Below the pieces are notes generated by a model. The model worked only from the letters and a program-made list of their open reading frames with translations. It did no database searches and was not told the origin of the DNA. A stretch of DNA of 64,000 nucleotides from Octopus sinensis (lineage: Eukaryota): positions 16,368,001-16,432,000 of the forward strand of contig NC_043022.1 of assembly GCF_006345805.1 (NCBI RefSeq), given 5' to 3'. Position numbers and translations under genes: made by a program. Positions 52,592 to 63,449 of the stretch are shown piece by piece (position 1 is the first letter of the stretch; each line of letters begins with the position of its first letter).

Positions 52592-53131
52592 ATACACCAC
52601 ACACACACACACACACACATATTTATATATTGTAAGAAAGAGAAATGTATTTGAAGATCTCACCAGCTGAAATGTTTTATAATAGCTTATCCAATAACAC
52701 AGTGGACATCTTCTAAACAAAATGAAATGGCAGATTAAGAATATAAATGGAACTAGATTTGGATATTGAAGCCAGTCAAAGATAATGGAGAGACAAGAGT
52801 CTTTTTAAGAGCTGTTTGTTGTTTTCTCAACTGAACTCGTTAGTATGTGTGGCTATTGCTGCGGCTCACCAGTTTATGTTCTTTGGTGAGCCAAATGTAA
52901 CTACTTTGCTAATGTTATCAAGAGATGCACAACACAATCTTCCATCTCTCTCTCTCTCTCTCTCATCCTTCTACTACTCTATTATAACTCTGAAGGTTTT
53001 ACACATTTGTAAGAAAATCTTTGAAAGAGCAAATAATAAAGTTTTTTCTGTTGGCAAGACGACATGGTCTGATCTTTTGCAAAGAGTCTATCTATCTCTC
53101 TGTCTATCTGCTTGTCTGTCTATTTATGCTG

Positions 53132-53181
<50 letters not shown>

Positions 53182-53191
53182 ATATATATAT

Positions 53192-53535
53192 ATCATCATC
53201 ATCATCATCATCATTAGCGTCCGTTTTCCATGCTAGCATGGGTTGGACGGTTTAACTGGGGTCTGTGAAGCCGGAAGGCTTCATCAGGCCCAGTCAGATT
53301 TGACAGTGTTTCTACGGCTGGATGCCCTTCCTAACGCCAACCACTCCGCGAGTGTAGTGGGTGTTTTTTACGTGCCACCTGCACAGGTGCCAGACAGAGT
53401 TGGCACAACGGCCACGGACGGATGGTGCTTTTACGTGTCACCGGCACGGGGCCAGGCAATGCTGGCAACGGACACGAACGGATGGTGCTTTTACGTGCCA
53501 CCGACACGGGGCCAGACAGAGCTGGCAAACAGCCA
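53192..53535 (-). mobile_element. (TGA)n-tailed retroposon with two internal ~60-bp repeat units
   Basis: (CAT)n + CGTCCGTTTTCCATGCTAGCATGGGTTGG...; the unit GGCAACGG.CACG..CGGATGGTGCTTTTACGTG.CACCG.CACGGGGCCAG occurs twice. Confidence 0.85.
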
Positions 53536-53561
53536 TATATATATATATATATATAAAAGGC

Positions 53562-53723
53562 GCAGGAGTGGCTGTGTGGTAAGTTGCTTGCTAACCAACC
53601 ACATGGTTCCGGGTTCAGTCTCACTGCATGGCATCTTGGGCAAGTGTCTTCTGCTATAGCCCCGGGCCGACCAATGCCTTGTGAGTGGATTTGGTAGACG
53701 GAAACTGAAAGAAGCCTGTCGTA

Positions 53724-53772
<49 letters not shown>

Positions 53773-53970
53773 TTGTGTGTCTGTGTTTGTCCCCCTAGCA
53801 TTGCTTGACAACCGATGCTGGTGCTTACGTCCCCGTCACTTAGCGGTTCGGCAAAAGAGGCCGATAGAATAAGTACTGGGCTTACAAAGAATAAGTCCCG
53901 GGGTCGATTTGCTCGACTAAAGGCGGTGCTCCAGCATGGCCGCAGTCAAATGACTGAAACAAGTAAAAGA
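53562..53970 (+). mobile_element. young CORE-like-head SINE, left arm of an inverted pair
   Basis: Full length, CpG-rich, inserted after (TA)n; about 96% identical by eye to the reverse complement of 54150-54542 outside the internal microsatellite. Confidence 0.95.
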
Positions 53971-54149
53971 ATATATAGTATACCTTGTGTGTACAGTAAG
54001 ATGTACAATTACTACAAGCAAGTTTGGAACTCTATGTCGAACTTCACTTTCAGTACAGTGGTGTGTGCTTACTACAGGACTTAGCAGAATTATTAGCTGT
54101 GATATACAGAGTCAGAATGTAAGAGAAATTACGATAAACACATTTGATC

Positions 54150-54542
54150 TCTTTTACTTGTTTCAGTCATTTGACTGCGGCCATGCTGGAGCACCGCCTT
54201 TAGTCGAGCATATCGACCCCGGGACTTATTCTTTGTAAGCCCAGTACTTATTCTATCGGTCTCTTTTGCCGAACCGCTAAGTGACGGGGACGTAAACACA
54301 CCAGCATCGTTCGTCAAGCGATGGTGGTGGGATAAACACAGACACACAAACACACACATATATATATATATATACATATATTCGACAGGCTTCTTTCAGT
54401 TTCCGTCTACCAAATCCACTCACAAGGCATTGGTCAGCCCGAGGCTATAGCAGAAGACACTTGCCCAAGATGCCATGCAGTGGGACTGAACCCGGAACCA
54501 TGTGGTTGGTAAGCAAGCTACTTACCACACAGCCACTCCTGC
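54150..54542 (-). mobile_element. young CORE-like-head SINE, right arm of an inverted pair
   Basis: Reverse complement of 53562-53970, sharing variants such as GGCATCTTGGG, CTGCTATAGC and GTCCCGGGG. Confidence 0.95.
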
Positions 54543-54689
54543 TGTGTAACATAACGCAATAAAGTGTTGTGGCTCAGCATCCAGTTGCACTTGGAACAGC
54601 TGATGCAGAGTTTGCAGATAACTGCAGTGGGTGAAGCATATTCAGGGAACAAATGATGTAAACTGTATGTTGTGTTTATCATAATTTAT

Positions 54690-54723
<34 letters not shown>

Positions 54724-54944
54724 CATTCCATTACCTTTACTCCAGTACATAAATACGATTTACCAATTTCAGAGAATTGATAGCAAAACTGATCTTTGGA
54801 GGATTTTGAATCCAGGCCATTGTGAGATAGGAAGCAAGATATCAAAATACATTCAGTTGGCTCTCTGCTTCCTCCTCTGTATTTCTAAATGATTCTGTTG
54901 GGAACAAAGCTTCAGTGTTTAACCTGCAGTTCTAGATTTCAATG

Positions 54945-55310
54945 CGTGTGGCCCAGTGGTTAGGGTATTGCTCTCAGGATTTCCTGACTGTGTGTTCGAT
55001 TCCTGGACTGCACAGCTTGTTGTGCTCTTGTGCAAAGCGCTTAATTTCATGTTGCTTTGGTGCTATGTAGGGACTGGCATGTCAAACAAGTGACCCAATG
55101 TTTCCGCTGTGAGTCATAAAAGGTGACTGACTAAAAGAAGTTGAGATAGGATTTGCTCTCCGGCCTCGTAAAAGCCTCACCAGCAACAACAACTATCCAA
55201 ACAAGGACAGTTGTTGCCTGATGAAATGCAAAGTAGTCATCCACCAGGAATAGTTGGGAATCACCAACAAATGGTGGCTGCAGTGACATGCTGTTTCAGT
55301 GTCTGCCCCC
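54945..55310 (+). mobile_element. older tRNA-derived SINE, head H2 + tail C
   Basis: GTGGCCCAGTGGTTAGGG...GTTCGATTCC...TAAAAGGTGACT...GGAATCACCAACAAATGGTGGCTGCAGTGACATG; a diverged inverted copy lies at ~58370-58700. Confidence 0.75.
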
Positions 55311-55453
55311 ATGCCACCACCACTACTACTACTACTACTACATAGTAGACTTACCAGAGTTAACCATTTAGAATATTCGTCATTCACAAAATTGTAACAC
55401 TTGTTTCTATATCTAACTTTTTACTCCAGAAGGGAGCAGTGCTATGTGTGGAA

Positions 55454-55838
55454 TGGAAGCACTCCGTCGGTTTCGACGACGAGGGTTCCGGTTGATCCGA
55501 ATCAACGGAACAGCCCGCTCGTGAAATTAACGTGTAAGTGGCTGAGCACTCCACAGACACATGTACCCTTAACGTAGTTCTCGGGGATATTCAGCGTGAC
55601 ACAGACAGTGACAAGGCCGGCCCTTTGAAATACAGGTACAACAGAAACAGGAAGTAAGAGTGAGAGAAAGTTGTGGTGAAAGAATACAGCAGGGATCACC
55701 ACCATCCCCTGCCGGAGCCTCGTGGAGCTTTTAGGTGTTTTCACTCAATAAACACTCACAACGCCCGGTCTGGGAATCGAAACCGCGATCCTATGACCGC
55801 GAGTCCGCTGCCCTAACCACTGGGCCATTGCGCCTCCA
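55454..55838 (-). mobile_element. young tRNA-derived SINE, head H1 + tail B
   Basis: About 97% identical by eye to 50902-51285; 11-bp TSD GTGCTATGTGT at 55439-55449 and 55842-55852. Confidence 0.95.
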
Positions 55839-56734
55839 CGTGTGCTATGTGTAAGTGTAGAATGATGGGCCAATTTACTCATTCTTCTGAAATTCTTTGA
55901 GACTCTTCTAGAACAGGTTGATTCGGCTGTCACATAACACGGGAAAACGAATCTGAAATTGTAATCAATTAGTTTCAATTTATAGTAATTACAATTTTCT
56001 CTAATTTTACAAAAATAAAAAAAAGGGAAATATATGTATGCTCTGAGAGGAATGTTTCATATTTTTAATTATATTTATAATTACAGTTTTATTTGCTCCT
56101 ATTGTAACCCTCCACTCTATCTCCTCCTCCTCTCTTAAGAATAATCCACCACAGCAAGTAGATTGTGCTTAATCCTTGCCAATTACAAAGGATTAAATCA
56201 AACTGGGATGATCTGTTAATGAATTACACCATAGTGTACGAGATAAAGACAGGGAATCGTAAAGATACGTTGACGAGGAGCCACTTTAATTTTAATGTTG
56301 ACTTTATCTAGTAAAGAGCTATTATTTGTTGTTGGCCACGAATTTCACAGTGGAACGTACAGGGGAAATACAAAATTAAATAAAGCTATGTAAACGAGGC
56401 TTCTATAATGTATTGTGTAATTTGATCTATTATTAATCATCATCATCATCGTTTAACGTCCGTTCTCCATGCTAGCATGGGTTGGACGGTTTGACCGGGG
56501 ATCTGGGAAGCCAGGAGGCTGCACCAGGCCCCAGTCTGATCTGGCAGTGTTTCTATGGCTGGATGCCCTTCCTAATGCCAACCACTCCGTGAGTGTAGTG
56601 GGTGCTTTTTACGTGCCACCTGCACAGGTGCCAGAGGGGTCTGGCATCGGCCACGATCAGTTCTATTATTAATATCTCCATCATTTTCAGTTACCCCACT
56701 TACACTACGCCTAATGTTACTTTGTATTAATGTC

Positions 56735-57005
56735 ACTTGGCTTAGTGGTTAGGATATTCAGCTTGCAATTCTAAGGCCATGAGTTCGATTCCTGATGGCA
56801 TATAGTGTCCTTGAGCAGGACACTTTGTTTCACATCGCTCCAGTCCACTCAGCTGGCAAAAATGAGTTGGATCTGTTATTCAAAGGGCCGGCCTTGTTAC
56901 ATTCTGTGTCATGCTGAATCTCCCTGAGAACTACTTTAAGGTTACATGTGTCTGTGGGGTAAGCCCTTTCGTTGATCAAATCAACAGGAACCCTCATCGA
57001 TGGGG
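56735..57005 (+). mobile_element. older SINE, head H2 + tail B
   Basis: tRNA-like head + GTGTCCTTGAGCAGGACACTT, then the tail-B block CAAAGGGCCGGCCTTG...GCTGAATCTCCCTGAGAACTAC; a similar copy lies at ~29545-29850. Confidence 0.75.
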
Positions 57006-57092
57006 TGCTAGTTAATGTTACTTTATACCGGTCCTCCTATCAGTGTCCTTGTAATACCAAAGATGAACTGAAGGCAAGGATTAGGGCAGCAT

Positions 57093-57515
57093 TCATCATC
57101 ATCATCATCATTTAGCATCCGCTTTCCATGCTAGCATGGGTTGGACGGTTCAACTGGGGTATGGGAAGCCAGAAGGCTGCACCAGGCCCAGTCTGATCTG
57201 GCAATGTTTCTATGCCCTTCTTAACACCAACCACTCTGTGAGTGTAGTGGGTGCTTTTTACGTACCACCGGCACAGAGGCCAGGTGAGGCTGGCAACGGC
57301 CACGGTCGGATGGTGCTTTTTATGTGCCACCGGCATGGAGCCCAGGCGAGGCTGGCAATGTCCATGATCGGATGGTGCTTTTTATGTGCCACTGGCACAG
57401 AGGCCAGTCGGGGCGGCGCTGGCAACGGCCATGATCGGATGGTTCGCTTACGTGCCACCGGCACTGGTATCATAGCTGCAATTTCCATTGATGTTGATCG
57501 ACTTCGATTTTGGTT
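57093..57515 (-). mobile_element. (TGA)n-tailed retroposon with three internal ~60-65-bp repeat units
   Basis: Units starting GCTGGCAA at ~57288, 57350 and 57417. Confidence 0.85.
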
Positions 57516-57720
57516 CTGATAAACAAGGAAACCATCTAGGAGAGTTGCAGGAGATTCCAAAATCGTCTGGTTGAAACGAATGGCGATTTTATTAAATAAA
57601 TTTACTCTTTAGTATTTCAAGATATTTTTAGGTAATTTTGGTAAATGTATCTATTAAAATGAGATGTCAGAGTTATTTTCATTTATGTGTAAGTTAGATG
57701 ACAATTTATTCACTGCATTC
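57516..57720 (+). mobile_element. Tc1/mariner-superfamily transposon 3' remnant
   Basis: 57522-57599 translates NKETI*ESCRRFQNRLVETNGDFIK*, resembling the 'ACRRFR.RLEAVV.A.GDF' transposase C-terminus, followed by an AT-rich UTR and a likely TIR remnant. Confidence 0.65.
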
Positions 57721-57757
57721 TCTCTCTCTCTCTCTTTCTATACATATATGTATGTAT

Positions 57758-57805
<48 letters not shown>

Positions 57806-60143
57806 AGTAGTAATATATTGTAGTTTGATAATAAGTCAAATAGCAATATATGTATTGTTGAAGGTGCAGGTGTTTTCTCGTTAGACACATTTTTCCTAAA
57901 TTTAGTATGAAGGATTAATGGAAACGTAGTTGGTAGAGGAATAAATGTTAATCAGGTTCACAAATATGGTGACTGTTGCAGGAAACACTTAGAAACACAT
58001 GGAAACAGCTAAAAAAAAAAAACCCCAAAAAAGCCCGAGATCAGTAAAGAAAATAAGATAACTCAAAACCTAAAGTAACACTGGGCTTTAAAGCCAAGTA
58101 GAATAAATGTATGAGGGGATATATTGATCTTAGTGATTATGTAGGGGGGGGGGAGGAATTTAAAAATTGATAATGTAATCATATCAGATAGTATTAGTAT
58201 TATTTGTATTTATATTTTTTCTTCTCTTTTTTTCTTTACTGAAAGTCACATCATAGCAAGTGAAAGTATTTCCATCAGGGAGCTAGAAAATAAGTTACTT
58301 CACATATTATTTTTATAGTTTTGGGTGGTGGTGGTGGCGGTGGCGGCAGTGGTGGTGGTGGCGGTGGTCGCATGTGTTGTAACAGTATGTCACTGCATCC
58401 ACCATTTGTTGGTGATTCCCTCTTATTCCTGGCAGATGACTCCTCTGCACCACTCAGGCGACAACCCTCCAGCCCATGGGTCTGTTTGGGTGATCATTAC
58501 TGGTGAGGGTTTTGTGAGGTTGGCATGCAAATCCTATGATTTAGTCACCTTTTACCAAATGCAGAGGAGATGTTGGGTCTATTCTTTGACATGCTGGTCT
58601 CCACACCATGCTGGAGCAATGTGAAAGGAAGTGTTTTGCTCAAGAACCCAACATGCCACCTGGTCTGAGAATTGAACCCTTGATTTGGCAATTGTGAGCA
58701 CAACACCCTGACTACAATGCCAACACATGATCAAAACGAAACTCAATAAATTTCTGTTTCTAACCAGTTTTTAGTTTAAAAACCTTTCTGATTTATTTTA
58801 ACTTTTTGTTTTTCTTTTTAGTGATTTATTTTTGCTTTCTTTTAACCATGTTTTACACAGGAAAACAAATCTTGAAATAACAAAGTTTCATTTTAACTTA
58901 GGAAAGAAAATGTATAAAAGTAAAGAAAAAAATTAAAACATCCACCCATCTTCCTGTATCAGATGGGTTTATGTTGCACCTTCAGAGGAAGGTAAACAGG
59001 TGTAGTGTCTGTCTGCTTGAGACTGCCCCTGCTCTATGATACAAAATTCATATTTTAAAGTAAATAAATGTTTAATTTAAAAATTAAATATTCGCTCAAA
59101 AATGACAAAATTGTTTCACTAAATCTTTCCTTATTTTCCAAAGGATTGACTAGTGTTTATGTAAATATGATTTATCAATAAACAACATAATTCAGTTGTA
59201 GTCACTTCTTGTGACTAGTATATTTGGAACTTCAATAAACTGATTCAGAAAGTACATCAACAGAAACCGTCTTATTGTTGCAGAAACTTTGTTAATGATA
59301 TGCAAGATAAGATGATCAACATATTTGAACTACCATCATTACAGTGTTTAAATCATTTTAAAATGGATAGAGATACTTAATCTTTAGTTGTGTGTGTGTG
59401 TTTTGCCTTCCTATAATAACTGACTACCTACCAAATGCCATGTGATGCCTATCTCATTTCACACAAAGTATATTAACCTAAGCCACCTTCTACATTTTCT
59501 TCTGGAGTTTTCCTGATAGATTTCTTATTTCATTGCAATAACATTCCAGCTTGGATTAATCCTCATGCTGACCTACACTCAACAAAATGCTGCCATCACT
59601 TCTTGGCTTCTCCTCCACACTTTAAAGAGGTTTAAGACATTTTATCACTATAATTGAACCGGTATGTGTGGAGCGAGTGTGGTGGTGATGATCAGATCTT
59701 TTGATTGTATTTTTGCTGTTGGAAAACTATTTCATTTTCTCTTGTCCTTGAAAGTGTGCCAATTATTTCTGTCTAGTTGTATTTTATTGTTGAACTTGTG
59801 CAACTGATTGCGTTGAGATGTTGTCAGCTTTCTCCATTGAATTACAGATGTACAACTTGTAGTGTCTCCTCACAGCAACTTAGAGCAATCTCCAGCTTCT
59901 TTTCTGTTGTTGTTCTTTGTTACTGGAATAGAATATCAGTACCGTTTTTATACTCAGACAAAACATTCAAAACATACATTTGTATGTGTGTGTGTAATGT
60001 GTGCAAATTCATGTGTTTTTTTACGCATATACACAGTTATGTGTATACATCAGTGCCAGGCTTTACTATTCCAACTGTGGTATCTTTGAAAAACATGGTT
60101 GTACACACACACACAAATACACACACACACACACACACACACA

Positions 60144-60186
<43 letters not shown>

Positions 60187-60394
60187 ACATGCACACACAT
60201 TTTGTCTTGCAAGGTAACATGGTAAAATGCATCAGTGCTAGTGCCATGTAAACTCTGTAAAATGGTTGGTGTTAGGAAGGGCATCCAGCCATAGAAACCA
60301 TATCAGAATAAATAATGGAGCTTGGTATGGCTCCCAGCCTTGCCAACTCTTGTCAGACAGTCCAACTCATGCCAGCATGGAAAATGGATGTTAA

Positions 60395-60426
<32 letters not shown>

Positions 60427-60436
60427 ATGATAAATT

Positions 60437-60704
60437 GTGACATGGCTGTTGTTCACAAGAGAATATGTGCAACCTGTATTAAAGGTGTGCCTTTCAGTTA
60501 AAGGATCGAAAAGGTATGTCAAAAGGGTTCATACTGTGGCACTGGTTCCCTCTGCCAGCCAGCACAGCTGTGCATTATGCAATAGAATGTGCAAATCTTT
60601 GGCCAGGCTCAAGAGTCATACAGGGGCCTCACATGGTATCAACAATGACTCATTTCAGCGATTCTGTCTGGCCATGGCTTTGCTCGTATACGAGAAAGCA
60701 GCTA

Positions 60705-60707
<3 letters not shown>
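60437..60707 (+). mobile_element. RTE-clade LINE 3' end with terminal C2H2-like knuckle
   Basis: CALCNRMCKSLARLKSHTGASH resembles the RTE 'C..C.R.C.SRIGL.SH.R.H' end; a short UTR ending CGAGAAAGCAGCTAAG runs straight into (AT)n. Confidence 0.7.
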
Positions 60708-60747
<40 letters not shown>

Positions 60748-61268
60748 ATATATATGTTACTGTTGCTTTGACTATCTGTATAGATTACTGAAAGATAGGT
60801 AAGATTGGTCATTGGTTCACAATGGAACTAAAGTTGAGAGAAAGTTTTCTCATCATACGATTACACCGAACCAATAATTATATACAATTACACAGTTGAA
60901 TACCCTGAAGAAATTACATGAAAGAACGAGTCCAGTGGAATGGACAATGGTGTAGAGGATATCTCTAAATGCTGGTTGGACAAGAAGGCTACAAACCGTA
61001 TCAGTTGTTTGTATTGATGTCAATCATTCCACTTGTAGAAAATACGATTTACTATAAATCTACAAGGAGCTTTGTCACAAAGGGGGGAGTGGGGTGGGGA
61101 ATCAACATAAATGTGTGCTGTAAAGATAACCGTATCCTGTTTGTTCAGATGACTAAGTTGTGCTTTAATGATTGGCAACTTGGAAAACCTATCTCAAGGA
61201 ATATGTTTACCATATAATAGAAAATTGGAATGGGTTCTGTGACAGAGAGAGAAAGTGGGTGAGAGAGG

Positions 61269-61312
<44 letters not shown>

Positions 61313-63221
61313 TGTTAGTACAGATACCAATAGTTAACGGTCAATATTTTCCTGGTAATTGCTCTCCATTTGACCCATGAATAGGTTTCAGTTAGTGTAA
61401 AGGTCTTGGTAGAGAATGTATATTTATCTTTTGTATAAATATTCCCTTGAAATGTATGTAAATATTTTGTATAGGTTATCTTTCCCAAACGAACTATGAT
61501 TTATGAAGCTTAACCACATCATTGTGTAATTATGTACAAAGGAAATTGTTGCCCAGATAACAAGTGGGGACTAATCCAAGGAAGGGAAACCATTCAATTC
61601 CTATAAATCAATTTCCTTTCTGATTTACCATTTTTTCTTTTTACCCCTGAAGCACTCAAAGGTGGTTACAAGTTTTGTTTTTGTTCTTTGTGTACAAAAT
61701 ATAACAGAAACTATTTGAATCTCTTTTAAAATATATCTTGTCTGTTTAATCACCCCCACCCCCACCCCTCATCTCTGTGGTTGTATTTTTAATGACCAGA
61801 TTCCCTGTGGGTTTTCAGTTTCATTATAATCAAGATTTTGAGAAGGTTTATGAAAATGTCTTAAGTTGTGTAGCCCCAACTCAGCCCTGATCTAGCAGAC
61901 ATGTGAACAAAGGCTTTCCAACCATGACCATTACATCTGGATTTTTTTCCTGAGATTCTAGGTGCCAACTTGGCTGGATATAGAGTTCGCTTTGTGATTA
62001 AATGGTTTCAGGTTCTATCTCACTCCACAACATGTTGGTATTAGAATTTCTAAAGTCTGTCTTCATTCTTTGAATCTTTTACATTTGTTATGGAATCAAG
62101 TTATGTCAACACAAGTTCATTTCTAAATAAATCTCTTCTAATTAAAGACAAATATTTACTTTTCTTTGACCATAAAAACATTCAATAAATCAGTTAATTC
62201 ATTATGATTCCTGTACCAACCAAACTTACCATATCTTATTCTAGCAGTGATGGGATAATATTGACATTTTGCCTGTTGTTACATTAACCATTATTATAGA
62301 ATTTTAATTCTATAATGGCATGTCTTTGTGACACACCATAGCTTCGATATTATATCATAGCACTATATTTCTAGAGCATAACATAGTAAATATCACCAGT
62401 TCTGTGTATATATATCTCCATCAAACAACAGTGCAAATCAGCAAGATTCTATAATAATGGTATGTCTCACTGACATTGTGTAAATATTCCACAGCTGTAT
62501 GGATTCACAATTTTCCATTTTGATAGCATAAATTTAATCAAGTTTACAACATGGGATGTACACACTCGAAACTCTAACACTTCTGCACTTAATTGATCTC
62601 ACTTGATTTACCTAAATCCAATATATTGCTTTTTTGATTAATATCACGACCTCAAACAGTGATTGCTTCTCATGTGTTATTTTTTTGTGCATCTTTTACA
62701 TGTTTTTTTATATTAGAAACCTTTACAATTCTAGAAAAAAATCAAAGCTTTCTAAAATGTGAAAAGATATTATATAAATACCACATGCAAATACACACAC
62801 ACACACACACACACACATACGCACACACACACACACCACACACACACACACACATGCACACACACGCACATATATTAAATTATATCATGTTGTAATATTT
62901 CTGATCCCTTTATTTTGAAGTTTAGATATGAGTCAGCCCTTCCTCTTTAAACATCAAAATGAGGGGGTTGAAAGCAAAGCCAGTCAATAACAGCCTTTCT
63001 AGATCTATACACCATCTTCATAGAAATCAATTTATTTGCTCTGTTGTTCCCTAGTTTCAGTCAACTTGATTGACTTTTGTTACATTAAGGAGTTGTTGCC
63101 CAGCCCCTAGTCAGCCCTACTGGAACAGACCTACGATATAACTAATATCCCCTCTGTGAACTCCACTGTTATTTTTAGGGATGTGTCTACGAGTAGATTA
63201 TTCAGTGTTTCACTTTCTCAT

Positions 63222-63449
63222 TTAACTCTTTAGTGTTCAGATTCATTTGTTGAGTGAAATGTTTATTAATTTACGTTGTTTTGAATTTATTCTGCATTCT
63301 CTCGTAGATTCGAGATTTCAATGATGCAATTGTTCATTTTTAGAATGATATTGTTGGGTAGGTGTGAGAGGCCAGGTCTGGCTGGCTTGGACATAAAACA
63401 AATAAAATATCTGAACCGGATATGGCTGGCTTCAATACTAAAGGGTTAA
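63222..63449 (+). mobile_element. piggyBac-type MITE
   Basis: TTAA CTCTTTA ... TAAAGGG TTAA; interior homologous to 27157-27385. Confidence 0.8.

Noticed and set aside
5683-55978. Recurrent 'MFSLNKHSQRP.WESKPRSYD' and 'MVVIPAV..HHNFLS' ORFs that look like a paralogous gene family
   Set aside because: They are sense and antisense translations of the same SINE head (5837, 34508, 50902, 55838).
1836-58880. An 'array' of alternative phase-1 terminal exons behind strong acceptors (1836, 2542, 9567, 13744, 21745, 33737, 58861)
   Set aside because: The phase was my own choice, and any acceptor-like site in AT-rich DNA yields a short hydrophobic ORF; there is no independent support.
60437-60802. 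C2H2 zinc-finger ORF as a member of the expanded octopus ZNF family
   Set aside because: Single knuckle, no TGEKP linkers, followed by a short UTR and (AT)n; it fits an RTE LINE C-terminus.
295-62895. Most ORFs in the six-frame track (THTHTH, CVCVCV, YIYIYI, poly-I/M/L/H runs)
   Set aside because: They are translations of (CA)n, (TG)n, (TA)n and triplet microsatellites that happen to lack stops.
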